Position numbers and translations under genes: made by a program. The notes beneath the pieces were generated by a model. That model was not told where the DNA came from. It did not search any database and saw nothing but the letters and a program-made list of their open reading frames with translations. Shown here piece by piece: positions 41,801-54,753 of a stretch of DNA of 64,000 bases (positions are counted from its first letter, which is position 1; the number at the start of each line of letters is the position of its first letter). The DNA comes from Octopus vulgaris (Eukaryota). Location: positions 6,820,001 through 6,884,000 of the forward strand of contig OX597826.1 in assembly GCA_951406725.2 (NCBI GenBank). The letters are read 5' to 3'.

Positions 41801-42190
41801 GGGGGGAAAAAACAGAGAAAATAAGGGTGCATATGAGAAAAGAAAGAAATAAAATCCTTTCAGAAATTGATCGTGGTGATCAGAGTAAAAGGGAGATAAT
41901 TTCATTAACTTAAGAACGATATTCACGGGAAACCGCATTTATCATATCGACGTGAAAATCCTTATATTGTGTCAGCTTGTGAGTGTTCATAACCAGCATT
42001 CTATTTACATATTTCTTTCCGTAGAAAATTATTTTTATAGATAGTTGACCTAACAAAGTCGTCTTAACAGCAGTAACTTATTTGAAGGAATACTTATAAG
42101 AATAAGCAACTTATGCCTTCATTAGAAAGCCTTCTTTAGATGCTCACCGCTCTCTATCAGTGGCGAAATGCGTCGGCTAGTAATATACAA

Positions 42191-42358
42191 CGGCGAGCTG
42201 AGTGAATATTTAGCACCCCGGGCAAAATGCTTAGCGGCATTTTGTCCGTCTTTACGTTCTGCGTTCAGATTCCACCGAGGTCGACATTACCTTTCATCAT
42301 TTCGGAGTCGATAAAATAAGCACCAGTACAGCACTGGATTCGGAGAGTAAATCGACTT
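42191..42358 (+). mobile_element. Family B SINE
   Basis: CGGCGAGCTG..TTAGCACCCCGGGCAAAATGCTTAGCGGCATTT..GAGGTCGACATTACCTTTCATCATTTCGGAGTCGATAAAATAAG. Confidence 0.85.
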
Positions 42359-43009
42359 TTTTTTTAATTTTTTGTCAAAAATTACTGCGGCGGAATCTAA
42401 AGGAAAGCAACCTCTGCAGCAAAGCGATAGGTTGTGATGGAAAGTTCGAGAACTTTGAAAATATTTGGAATATACGTAAAGGGTATCCTAACGAAATTTC
42501 ATTCTATCTCTATTAATTATTTCCTTAATCATTTAAAAGTCACTGTAGATATTCATAGGAAAACTAAAATAGCAAAACTCAAGTCACATAGACTATCATT
42601 TATACAGAGTTATAATAGCATCTTGGCCTGTTAGTAATATTGATGTTACATCAGCGTTATCTTGTGAGGGTTAACTTAATGAATAAATACGAAGTTAATC
42701 TAGTTAACTTCGTTGGAAATTTTTAGAACCGAGATATACTTGCAAGCTAGAAGTATGTGCTAAAAAACGAAAATCCATTATTCACATTTTCAACACTCAT
42801 CAGCAATAAATTAATTCATTTTCAGAAAATAATTTAATCTAGAATACATATTTTTTTAAAAATTATATAATATAGGAGCCAAAAAAAATATTTGACAGTT
42901 CATATTTTGTTTAATATAGATCGACTGTGTCGAGTTTTGGAAGTGACTTAACTGGGATAAGTTCATAAATACTGGTTATTACAAGGCAGCCGAGAACCGT
43001 ATAAATATA

Positions 43010-43160
43010 AGCGCATGCGTAACTATGTAGTAAATTTGCTTCCGAACCACTTCGATCTGGGTTCAGTCCCACTGTATGGCACCTTGGTTAGGTATCATCC
43101 ACTAAACCCTCCAGTCGAACAAAGCTCTGTAAATGAATTTAGTTGACGGAACTGAAACAA
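43010..43160 (+). mobile_element. Degenerate SINE family A head
   Basis: GGGTTCAGTCCCACTGTATGGCACCTTGG..GACGGAACTGAAA. Confidence 0.7.
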
Positions 43161-43188
43161 ATCTATCTTTATTTCTGTGTGTCTGTAT

Positions 43189-43233
<45 letters not shown>

Positions 43234-43456
43234 CGCGCACTCGTTTGTGTGTATGTCTGTATGCCTATGTTATTCAGGGTTTTACGTAATCGATCAGCAA
43301 AGAGGTGTGAGTATTTACTCACGAGGGGATCTAAAGTACAGTTGGTGAAGGATTTCACCTTCAATAGAGTTAGAAATATATATTGAATCCGAAAGTACAC
43401 ATATACATATATGCATGTAATAAAATGGCAGAAATAATTTGTTATATCTTTTCATG

Positions 43457-43457
<1 letters not shown>

Positions 43458-43513
<56 letters not shown>

Positions 43514-43629
43514 TGATGATGATGATGATAATAATGATGATAATAATGATGACAATAATAATAATAGTAATGATGATAATAATGATGATAATAATAATAG
43601 TAATGATGATGATAATAATAATAACAGTA

Positions 43630-43663
<34 letters not shown>

Positions 43664-43671
43664 CGATGATG

Positions 43672-43734
<63 letters not shown>

Positions 43735-43749
43735 TTAATAATAATAATA
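43458..43749. repeat. Compound (AAT)n/(GAT)n microsatellite
   Basis: Direct reading; source of poly-N/D/I/M ORFs. Confidence 0.98.
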
Positions 43750-43971
43750 GAGGACATATTTCCATGCTGACATTTAATAAGGTGCTAGTGAGATGGCATA
43801 AGCTTCCGTAAATCAAAAAAAAAACGCATTCTGCATCTCATACGATATATGAATACTCTTGGTTTTCCGAAATTATTTCATTTAATAAATTATTTCATAT
43901 TTAATTTCATTTATGTTTTCATAATTTATTCATGACACTTATATAAAACACAATATCAGCTGCGTTGGCAG

Positions 43972-44054
<83 letters not shown>

Positions 44055-44409
44055 CGTGTGTGTCCTAAATGCTTCCAAACAAGTATACCGAAGTTATACA
44101 AATTTTGAAACGAAAATTATTTTAAAAATTATCTGAATTTTATGATATTAAACATAACAATATGGAACAAATAACGATATTTCAAAGTTATAAAATGCAA
44201 GACTCTATCGTGCTTTCTTACGTTAATTAATCCGCTTGGTCTTGTTGCTAATAGCATTTAAATATTATTCTACTAATAACTATCTGTTAGGGATGCGTTT
44301 TTCAAAACGCCGGTCCCCGAGTAGCATTTCTCGTTCTGAGATACAGTCCCATTATAATACGTGTATGCCATAATGTTGTGTACAATTTCGTGGATGGTAG
44401 ATAGTTAAT

Positions 44410-44708
44410 AACATCGACTCCCATTGATCAACTTGTACTTGATACCGAAAGAGATGAAAACTAGAATGAACCCCAGCGGACTTTGAATTCAGAACGTAAG
44501 GACAGACAAAATACCAAGGACAGACAAACGGATTAAATAGATTATATCAACCCCAGTTCGTAACTGGTATTTATTTAATCGACCACGAAAGGATGAAAGG
44601 CAAAGTCGACCTCGGCGGAATTTGAACTCAGAATGTAGCGGCAGACGAAATACCGCGAAACATTTTGCTCGGCGTGCTGTCGATTCTGCCAGCTCGCTCG
44701 CTGCCTTA
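44410..44708 (-). mobile_element. Family B SINE joined to a second, more degenerate unit
   Basis: Consensus-like 44505-44708 plus GATGAAAACTAGAATGAACCCCAGCGGACTTTGAATTCAGAACGTA remnant. Confidence 0.85.
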
Positions 44709-45504
44709 CACGAGCGCCATAACATTCCTCAACTATATCGTGTGTGAGGCAAATATCACGGTTTTTTTCTTCCTCCGCAACCCATCGGTGAATCTTTTGA
44801 CATCTAATTTCGTAATAAAACTTAGATTTCTACACGAATGGAAGCGCGAGCGCGTCTATCTATGTGTGCGAACAAGCAAGTTGTATAGGTGTATCAAGCA
44901 ATGTGTACGTGCTTCTTCGTCTGTTTATGTGTGTGTGTGGGTGTGTGTGTCTGTATGTGTGTGTGTGTGTGTGTGTGTTTGTTTGTGTGGTGTGTACGCT
45001 GCTATTTATTTCATTTTTTTTATCTTTTAGCTAGATAAATAATTGTATGTTCATCGAAAAGTCACTCCAGATATGTGATGAACAATCCCATGTTTTCTTT
45101 ATAACCAAGATTTACCCATCGTGTTTATTTAGATCACATAGACATATACAGATATACCCGACAACCTTTTGACCTGTTGTGCACTCTCAGATATTGCATA
45201 TCTCGTTTGGGTGAACCTAACTTGCTCAGTTTAGGTTAATGTAAGATTAATCATTATATTACGCCTTGCACGTATTCATACATCTCAAATAGTATTCCAT
45301 CCTCAGAGCAAGCGAAAAGTATATTTATTGTGACTTTACTCAGACAGTTTTTTGTGGTTCCTTGCTTATATAAAGCCACCTCCTCGTTACTTAAGCTATT
45401 TCTATTCGATTTATGTGCTATACGCTGGTAATGTAAACAATGACGATATATTATGTGGCTATACGATTAAACTCAACTCAATATTATTTGCGTAAAATGC
45501 GTTG

Positions 45505-46182
45505 AATTGGCAGAAGCGTTACTACGCCGGGCAAAATACTTAATGGCATTTCGTCCGTCTGCACGTTCTGAGCTCAAATTCTGCCGAGGGTTAAGTTTGC
45601 CTTTCACGAGCTTGGGTTCGATAAAAATAACTACAATTAGAGCACAGGTTCGATTCAGTCGACTTTGACCCTTTCCCATAACTGCTGGACTTGTGCGAAA
45701 ATTTAAAATAAATATCAGGTGAGTAGCTGAATAATCATCGCGGTGTCTAGATATCCTATGAGCTGGTTTATGATAAATATTTCATTTATATCTTTATATG
45801 GAAAATGGGAAAATCTTTCGTTTTCGTGTAATTGTGATTAATCCTATTTCAAAGGTACCCACTAACTGTCGTGAAATTCTTAATTATCAGTGATATATCT
45901 TCTTCAGGTGGCACAGACTTTAACTGAGTAGGTTCATGTGCGTTCATTTCAGCTATGTGTGAAGGCGGTGAACTGGCAGAATCGTTCACACGCCTCACAA
46001 ACTGCTAATTAGCGTTTATTCCCGATACTTCACGTTCTGAGTTCAACTTTCACAGAGGTCGACTTTGTCGTTCATTCTTTCGGAGTCGATAAATTAAGTA
46101 CCATTTTCAGCCCTGCGGACGATGTAATCAACTAGTTTTCTCCTCTAAAATTGCTTGCCGTGTATCAGAATTTGAAATCATT
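45505..46182 (+). mobile_element. Two degenerate family B SINEs (45505-45710, 45962-46182)
   Basis: TTGGCAGAAGCGTTACTACGCCGGGC.. and AAGGCGGTGAACTGGCAGAATCGTT..GTCGATAAATTAAGTACCA. Confidence 0.8.
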
Positions 46183-46235
46183 TTAAGTATGCGTATGCGT
46201 TAGTCTAGGTTTGTTTGTATGGACGTATTAATGTA

Positions 46236-46804
46236 TTGGGTTGTCCGGAAAGTTCGTGCTGGTTTTTAAATGAAAGAAAAAAGGTCAATAAATACTCGTG
46301 CCATTACATTTTTAATCAATCAAATATGAACTATTTTGTTGCACAATGCATATCCATCTTTCCTTTAACTTGAAAATACCCACTTCTCAGAACTGAGGTG
46401 GTTTCATGGCAAAGAATTCATCAAGGTATCGTTTTACGTCATCCAAGGAATTGAATTTTTTACTATTAAGACTATTCTGCAGAGACCTGAATAAGTGGAA
46501 ATCCGAAGGAGCAATATCTGGTGAATGTGGAGGATGAGGTAACACATCCCAGCCGAGCTGCAGCAGTTTTTGTCTGGTTCCCAAAACATCAAGTGCCGAA
46601 AATGAACTTTCTTATCTTCCATTATAAAGGGTTACAGAATTAACACAGGTTACAGGAACATAAATTTTCTTCCGCGAAAAGATAGCTTAAACTGTGCTCT
46701 AAATGGAGGTGTAGTCAAATCCTATGTTATGGACTCAACCCTGTTCTAAAATAAGTCGAAAGGTAAGCTACTATAAATCGGCACGAACTTTCTGGACAAC
46801 CCAA
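46236..46804 (-). mobile_element. Internally deleted (non-autonomous) mariner element
   Basis: ~30-bp TIRs TTGGGTTGTCC(G/A)GAAAGTTCGTGC, TA on both sides (46234-5, 46805-6); N-terminus MEDKKVHFRHLM joined out of frame to LGWDVLPHPPHSPDIAPSDFHLFRSLQNSL. Confidence 0.95.
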
Positions 46805-47130
46805 TATATAGGAGTATGTGAAAATCAGTGAACTTCAATACATTATCCAAAAAAAGATTAACAATTTTGCACGCAATGTATTGTGTATTGCGTTGTTTTT
46901 TCTTTTATTTCGAAATATCTCTTTGTTCTTTGTGGATCATAAAATGCTTTCTATACAATAGAATATTTCATAAAATATAATTAAAGAAACTTTAGCTGTT
47001 TTATTATACTTTATATTCCTACATCCTACTAATGTATCTTTGTGTGTGTGAATGTGTGTGTACGTCCCTGTTGGTCTACTGGTATTTATATAAATTTATA
47101 TAACTAAATATATACATACTTTGGTTTATA

Positions 47131-47545
47131 GGCGCAGGAGTGGCTGTGTGGTAAGTAGATTGTTTACCAACCACATGGTTCTGGGTTCAGTCCCACTGTG
47201 TGGCACCATGGGCAAGTGTTTTCTATAGCCTCGGGCCGACCAAAGCCTTGTGAGTGGATTTGGTAGACGGAAACTGAAAGAAGCCCGTCGTATATATGTA
47301 TATATGTATGCGTGTGTGTGTTTGTGTGTCTGTGTTTGTCCCCCTAGCATTGCTTGACAACCGATGCTTGTGTGTTTATGTCCCCGTTACTAAGCGGTTC
47401 GGCAAAAGAGACCGATAGAATAAGTACTGGCCTTAAAAAAGAATAAGTTCCGGGGTCGAGTTGCTCGATTAAAGGCGGTGCTCCAGCATGGCCGCAGTCA
47501 AATGACTGAAACATGTAAAAGAGTAAAAGAGTAAGAGTAAGAGTA
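47131..47545 (+). mobile_element. SINE family A, cleanest full-length copy
   Basis: tRNA-like head, CORE-like CACCATGGGCAAGTG, internal TA/TG tract, 3' hairpin CAGTCA-AA-TGACTG, (GAGTAAAA)n tail. Confidence 0.95.
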
Positions 47546-48431
47546 TCGTTGAAAGCATATCCGTTTTACTCGTTTGCCTGCAGATGCTTACAGTAAAAGA
47601 GTATACTTATATATGTATGTGTATGTGTGCATAAACACATACAGCTGCAAGTAAACTAGCAGATACGTATGCACACATTTACACCCGTTCACACATACGC
47701 GCAGAGACAGACTCACACATGCATAGATATACACTTGGGTAGATTTACTACATGTATTAATATTCACTAGGTTATTTAATGCGTATGTATATAATAAAGT
47801 CGTTAAAAGATTATTTAAAGATAAGCGTATATACAGAGATCTTTATTCCTATCACTCCTTGTATAGGGCAATACGCAATTGAATATAACCATTGATAGCG
47901 CAACAAAATAATATCTATAGAAAAATACTTCCGGTTTAACATATCCTGTATTTTCTTTCCTCTGTTACCCATTCGCCTACCGCAATAATCCTTACTTTAT
48001 CTGCTCTGCATCTTCTTTTTCCGTTTCCTTTAGTAAAATAGTATATTCTTGTTCGTGTTGTTATTATTATTTCTGGAATTACTATTATTACAATCATTTG
48101 TAATTCTCTTCATTTTATACTTTCTCTACTATTTTCTGTATCCATTTTCGTTTATATTCGTTCAGCGTTTCACCATGTTGCTTTTATTCCCTTAGAAAAC
48201 AAGGTGATTTTTATATCAATATTTCCTCCAGTTTTTCTTAATCTGAAGTAATTTCGCCGCATAACCGAGAAAATGTTTCTTTTCTCAATTTACCCGTTTC
48301 ATGTGTAATTCCCTCAAAATTTTTTAGAGGATGTCTTCAATATTCCGATATTAATATTCTCTCTTCACAAACATACATATACATATACATACAAACATAC
48401 ATATACGTACAAAAGAGAGAGAGACAGGCAC

Positions 48432-48524
<93 letters not shown>
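48432..48524. repeat. (GATA)n microsatellite
   Basis: Direct reading. Confidence 0.97.
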
Positions 48525-48784
48525 ATTCTATATGCAAAAATATGTGCGCTGTTGCGTGTGTATAATTTTCGGCACCTGGATACTAGCATGTTGCTATCTC
48601 TAACCTAGTACATACGCATAGTAAAAACGAAGATGAATTGTTAATCAATCAACATTTTAAGAATAAAAAATATCATTAACGAAATAAACAAAACAATTCA
48701 ACAATTACTGAGTCTGTATTTTCCTTGTCGTCTATATTTCATATTTAGATTATGAGAGTGTTCGCAAAACTTGCAGGCAATGGT

Positions 48785-49765
48785 CTATTTCTGAGGACAC
48801 GTCCCGCAGGAAACTATACTGGGATCACTATTGTTTGTGGTGGCTTTCTATGACATGCTCTCAGCCAGTCAGTCAGCTAATTCCACCAGCTAAGCTGATG
48901 ATACAAAAGTATCAAAAGGGGTCAAGAATCCTGATAACATTCTAAAACAACAGAAAAAGATGAATGCAATATACATGTGGGCTCATGAAAATAACATGAA
49001 TTTCAATGCTGAGAACTTGCAAGAACTCCAACGTCGGACCACAAACTGCGGTCGAAATAGAAAGGGCAAAGAGGCAGGGCAATCCGAGTTTGTGATCTGG
49101 GAGTCCACATGCGTGATGATGAAACATTCCAGGCGTATTCCACTAATATAGCAGCATTGTACAGTCGAACAGCTGGAAGGATTCTGAGATTATTCAGAAC
49201 CGAAAAAAGAATAGCATGGTACTCCTATAGAAAACTTGTATTGTCAGTCGTCCAGATTAGTGCTCCTAATTGTGCTGATCGCAGAGTGTGAATCAGGTGG
49301 CGAAACATGGGGCAGTCCATCACCACTACACAATGAGACTACACTCGGTGCAATAGATGAGCTACTGTGAAAGGATAAATGAAGCTCTACTAGCTAGAGA
49401 GAAAACGCGAAGAGTATGCAGTCATACATTCCGAAAATCGTGGACCGTTATGCCTCCCCACTTTGGAATTGAAAGCTATACCAACCACCGCCTTCTCTGT
49501 CTAGTATAATAGACCCTTACTGTATCAGCTTAAGTATCGAGGGTCCACAACTATTTAACTTTTTGTGAACCAGTCTCAGATATTTGAGAGGTGTAAATAT
49601 GAAGGTCTTCAAAGAACATCTGGATGTATTTATATCTGAGATATCAGATGAATCCACATAGCAACTGGAAGCACAGAGAAGAACAGCGCTGTTCAACTCG
49701 CTTCTTCACCAGAAACAAATAGTAGAAGAAACCAATCGCAGAGAAAAGCGGTGCCCCAATAAAAG
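48785..49765 (+). mobile_element. 5'-truncated CR1/L2-group LINE remnant (RT C-terminal half)
   Basis: VPQETILGSLLF (cf. GVPQGTVLGPLLF), S*ADDTK (cf. YADDTK), IYMWAHENNMNFN; multiple stops and frameshifts. Confidence 0.85.
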
Positions 49766-50081
49766 ATAAAAGAAAAGAGATACTTGAGGAATATAACATA
49801 TGCAAACTGGGGAGATCAGCATTTGAGTAAGACCTACTTTGTAGACTTCAAAGTAGTTGTGTAGGGGATAAATGGTACCGACTGTGGGACACGTTTGTGA
49901 AGTGCTTTTTACTGTAGGTTCCATATCAACAGTAACTTGTGTGGGAATAATAAGTTGAGCGATGCATGTCTAGTTTTGCAAAATTATATGTCATTATAAG
50001 TGTGACTGCGTTTATTTTTACTTGCATAAGATCCGGCATTTCTATCAAAATGCTTAGCTTTAGATTCCGAAATATACATAC

Positions 50082-50143
<62 letters not shown>

Positions 50144-50274
50144 GTAAATATATGTATATATGTATATATATATATATGTATATATATATTTATATATATT
50201 CAAATGTAAATTTAATGAGGAGAGGAGATATCCTGAAATTTGATGCCCACAACGTTTCTCGAATATCCGAATTC

Positions 50275-50545
50275 TTTCTTAATGTTTTTGCAGAATATAT
50301 GTAATTTATTACAGGTCAACAATTTTGTGTTGCACTTGCAACATCCTGTACTAACAAGGCAGCAGTTAGGTTGTTGCGAACTGCACCAAATGCCTTTAGA
50401 ACAATCTCTATCTTTGTGTTCCAGAATGTTTTCATATCTCTGATCTCACTGCTTAGGTACCGGTAATAAACTCTTTCTCAGTTCTATCCCTTGATATACA
50501 AGCTACTGTCGTATGGTACTACAACATCAGTTGTATGAACCCTCA
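50275..50545 (-). mobile_element. Degenerate R4/Dong-like endonuclease fragment
   Basis: Minus strand DVVVPYD ... YRYLSSEI ... FWNTKIEIVLKAFGAV parallels the motif at 20557-20738. Confidence 0.6.
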
Positions 50546-50595
50546 GTAACATAGTGTGAAGTACTTTTCGGCTTCAATAGAATGGAATAAATTCT

Positions 50596-50705
<110 letters not shown>

Positions 50706-50823
50706 TATATATACATATATATATTTATGTATATGCATACATACATACATATATATATAATGATATAGATAGATAAACAGATAGATCTATATATATATAT
50801 ACATATATATATAAACATATATG

Positions 50824-50884
<61 letters not shown>

Positions 50885-50920
50885 TTGTGAAGGCGCATGG
50901 ATGTGAAGGCGCATGGATGT

Positions 50921-51258
50921 GAAGGCGCATGGCTCAGTGGTTAGAGCGTCGAGTTTACGATCGTGAGGTTGTGAGCTCGAATCCCGGACCGGGCTGCGTG
51001 TTGTGTTCTTGAGCAAGACACTTTATTTCACGTTGCTCCAGTTCACTCAGCTGTAGAAATGAGTTGCGACGTCACAGGTGCCAAGCTGTATCGGCCCTTG
51101 CCTTTCCCTTGGACAACATCGGTGGCGTGGAGAGGGGAGGCCGGTATGCATGGGTGACTGCTGGTCTTCCATAAAAAACAACCTTACCCAGACTTGTGCC
51201 TCAGAGGGTAACTCTCTAGGTGCAAACCCATGGTCACTCATGACCGAAGGGGGTCTTT
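50921..51258 (+). mobile_element. tRNA-derived CORE-like SINE with tail T4, full length
   Basis: TGGCTCAGTGG A box, GCTCGAATCCC B box, GTGTTCTTGAGCAAGACACTTTATTTCACGTTGCTCCAGTTCACTCAGCTGTAGAAATG core; inserted in (TA)n. Confidence 0.92.
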
Positions 51259-51290
51259 ATATATATACTTACTCATATAGATATATACAT

Positions 51291-51339
<49 letters not shown>

Positions 51340-51794
51340 TATATTATTTGTATATATATATATGTACATACATATATGGATAGATGGATCTATATTTTCC
51401 TGTATGAATGCATTGTACTTAACAAATTAAGGAAGAATAAAAATGTGTAGTATTCATAGGAATTCATTTTGTATTTGAACACAGAGTTTGAAAGAAATGA
51501 GTATACAAAATATGATATTTAACTGCTAGAAAATTTGTTATAAGTAAAAATTAACCGAATTTTCAATTTCATTAATTTTACAATTTCAAACAATAGAAAT
51601 AAGTATGATACATTTTACATTATATTTGGTTGGTTCATAACATATCGACAACTCTATAGGTCGCTGTCTATAACTGTCTATTGCTACATACACACATGTA
51701 TATATTTGTGCATATGTATATACATACAGACACACACATATATATATTTATGTAAGCATGTATGTGTATATATATATATATTTATACATACATA

Positions 51795-51959
51795 GGCGCA
51801 GGAGTGGCTGTGTGGTAAGTAGCTTGCTAACCAACCACATGGTTCCGGGTTCAGTCCAACTCCGTGGCATTTTGGGCAAGTGTCTTCTGCTATAGCTCCG
51901 GGCCGACCAATGCCTTGTGAGTGGATTTGGTAGACGGAAACTGAAAGAAGGCTGTTGTA

Positions 51960-52016
<57 letters not shown>

Positions 52017-52230
52017 TTGTGTGTCTGTGTTTGTCCCCCTAGCATTGCTAGACAACCGATGCTGGTGTGTTTACGTCCCCGTCAATTTGCGGTTCGGCAA
52101 AAGAGACCGATAGAATAAGTACTGGGCTTACAAAGAATAAGTCCCAGGGTCAATTTGCTCGACTAAAGGCGGTGCTCCAGCATGGCCGCAGTCAAATGAC
52201 TGAAATATGTAAAAGAGTGAAGAGTAAAGA

Positions 52231-52233
<3 letters not shown>
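51795..52233 (+). mobile_element. SINE family A, full length
   Basis: Colinear with 47131-47545. Confidence 0.95.
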
Positions 52234-52284
<51 letters not shown>

Positions 52285-52934
52285 GCTTGAACATTGATAT
52301 CATATAACTCATATGATTTTTTTGTACTTACAAACTCTGTTTTAGCACCGCTTGAGATAATTTCTAATGGAATTGTTACGTGGAGCATTAACGTTCCCCT
52401 AAATACGTTACGTGCTTTCAAGCCAAGATCTTTAATATTAATTCTACCGATACCGGAAAAAAGGTTCAAACATTTATATGATTAATATAGAGAACAAAAT
52501 TACACTTCGAAACTAAAAGTGGTTTGCTTGCATCTTTGCAAGATGTATACCGTTTTAATATATTGTCGCAATATTTTAAGAAGTCTACGAATATATATAT
52601 GTATATATATATATATCATATGGTGCTTCTAAATTTCAGATCTGTACAATATGAATAATACATTCTTGTGTATGATTGATTTGAAATCGATATATATTTT
52701 TTCTGTGTCGGAATTTCTCTACATGTGCACGTGTCTCCAGTTGTGGGCGTTTATGTATTTGATATATTACGACACATTCGAAAATATATGTGATATTACA
52801 GAAAAGACGTATATGCTATTTGCAATATGGAAGTAATTGAATGAAAGATATATGTATATGTATAACTAAGACAACATATTTACAGCTTGAAATATCTTTA
52901 CACGAATTCAAATGTACAAGATTTTTGGAACACC

Positions 52935-54139
52935 TACACTTGCGAAACATTTCTTATTATATGACTCTGTATTAATGTATGCACAGAGAGTCGTAGTGCC
53001 ATCTACACTACAAAAGCGATTATTAAAGGAATTTCATGTGGGTCACCCAGGGACTTCTAGAATGAAATCATTAATGAGAAGTTACGTATATTGGTCAACA
53101 ATGGACCGTTGCATTGAAGAATCGGTAAAAGCATTCAGAATATGACTTAGCAGCAATGTCACCTATCACTAAATTGCAAACATGGCCACAAACAGATGTT
53201 CCATGGGCCAGACTGCATATTGATCACGCCCGTCCATTTAAGGTCTTATATTATTTTGTGGTGGTGGATATTTTTCAAAGTGACCGGAAGTGCATAAATG
53301 TAAAAAGCCAACACCTGCGGTTACAATAAGTGTTTGAAACGAATTTTTTCACCAGGTATGGTATTCTGGATAACATTGTGTCGAATAATGGAACTTAATA
53401 TACGACAGGTGAGTTCAGAAAATTTTGCAAAATGTTCGTCATCGAACATGTCACCACACTGCCCTATCACCCTTTTAACACAGTTTTCTGAACAATTCTA
53501 TTTCGTATCTTTTTAGCAGATTATTCAGTGGAGCCTCATCTTGCGCACATTTGGAATATAATTTCGGTAATGGACAAGTGGAGCTTTTTGTTGACACTTT
53601 TGAAGAGAGCTTTGAAAAAGACAAACAATAAAGTGATATTGCACTTCAACAATTTCTAATATTGACACCTAATCCGAATACACTGTCAGGAATGTCACCC
53701 GCAGAGTTGATGTTTGCTAGAAAGGTCAGATTCGTTTTTGATAAGTTGATAGTGAAAATAAAAAAAGGCGAACAAAAATAATTGAAAATTCTTCAAGTTA
53801 GGTGACAGTTGTTTTAAAAACTTATAGATATGGTAAAGAAAGCTGGGAGGATGGTGTAATAATTAAACAAATTGGAATAATGATATTCCGAGTAAAAGGA
53901 AAATAATGTGGAAGAAAAAGACAATATCCAGCTTAAACAAAAACTCACGGACAAAAAATTACGAGGAATGATACCAACAACGAAACAATTTGAAACTACA
54001 TGTTCTAGCACCAGAAAATGGAATGGAACGGAAACACTGGACTTGAATACTAACGTAAGAGATACTAAAACTCAGAGCGAAGTTTAATTCTCAAAATTGG
54101 GAGACAATAGAGGAGTCTGATTCTAAAAATGGGAGATGA
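52935..54139 (+). mobile_element. Gypsy/Ty3 LTR retrotransposon remnant (integrase region)
   Basis: RVVVPSTLQKRLLKEFHVGHPGTSRMKSLMRSYVYW (zinc-binding region), PWARLHID, NGQVELFVDTF, TPN...SPAELMFAR; frameshifts and stops; purine tract AAAAATGGGAGATGA before TG. Confidence 0.9.
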
Positions 54140-54363
54140 TGTGGAAAGATTCCAACCACCGCCAAGGGTTTAAATGTGAACTGACTCATTGTTATAAAAC
54201 AAAAGAACAATCAGCGATTGGCAGTTCGTGTTGGTAAGCAGTCCACTGTGAGCTTTTAACAGAATGCGGTGAGCCTCGTGCAATAATAATAGTGGTGCAT
54301 CTTGTATATACTTTCATTTGCCTGCTTCATTATTTTATATATAAATCTAAAAATAATGATAAC

Positions 54364-54364
<1 letters not shown>
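54140..54364 (+). mobile_element. Putative 3' LTR (TG...CA)
   Basis: Begins TG right after the PPT-like tract and ends AACA before (TAA)n; no second LTR in the window to confirm. Confidence 0.45.
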
Positions 54365-54422
<58 letters not shown>

Positions 54423-54423
<1 letters not shown>

Positions 54424-54630
54424 TAAAAAAACATTCAGACAAATACATAACAAAAACACCAGGACTTACAAACACATATAACATACAGCAAATTGCACTA
54501 CTAGGCATCCTACGCAGAACATTTTCCATACAATAACCACCAGAGCATCACAACAAATCACAGCACATACCTAAGGCACACAGAGCTGCGCTCGGTAGTG
54601 AAGTGAAAGCACGCTATAAAAATAAAACTA

Positions 54631-54634
<4 letters not shown>
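54423..54634 (+). mobile_element. 3' end of R4/Dong-like retrotransposon inside (TAA)n
   Basis: IKKHSDKYITKTPGLTNTYNIQQIALLGILRRTFSIQ* (54423-54536; cf. IQK.ALLGTA.ILR) plus short 3' UTR; (TAA)n on both sides. Confidence 0.8.
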
Positions 54635-54675
<41 letters not shown>

Positions 54676-54699
54676 TACAATTAAAATAATAAAAAAAAA

Positions 54700-54753
<54 letters not shown>

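Noticed and set aside
50921-50995. tRNA genes (here and at 6910-6983, 20130-20205, 22498-22570, 25237-25312, 32305-32377)
   Set aside because: A/B boxes are present but acceptor stems are incomplete and each continues into a SINE body; these are tRNA-derived heads.
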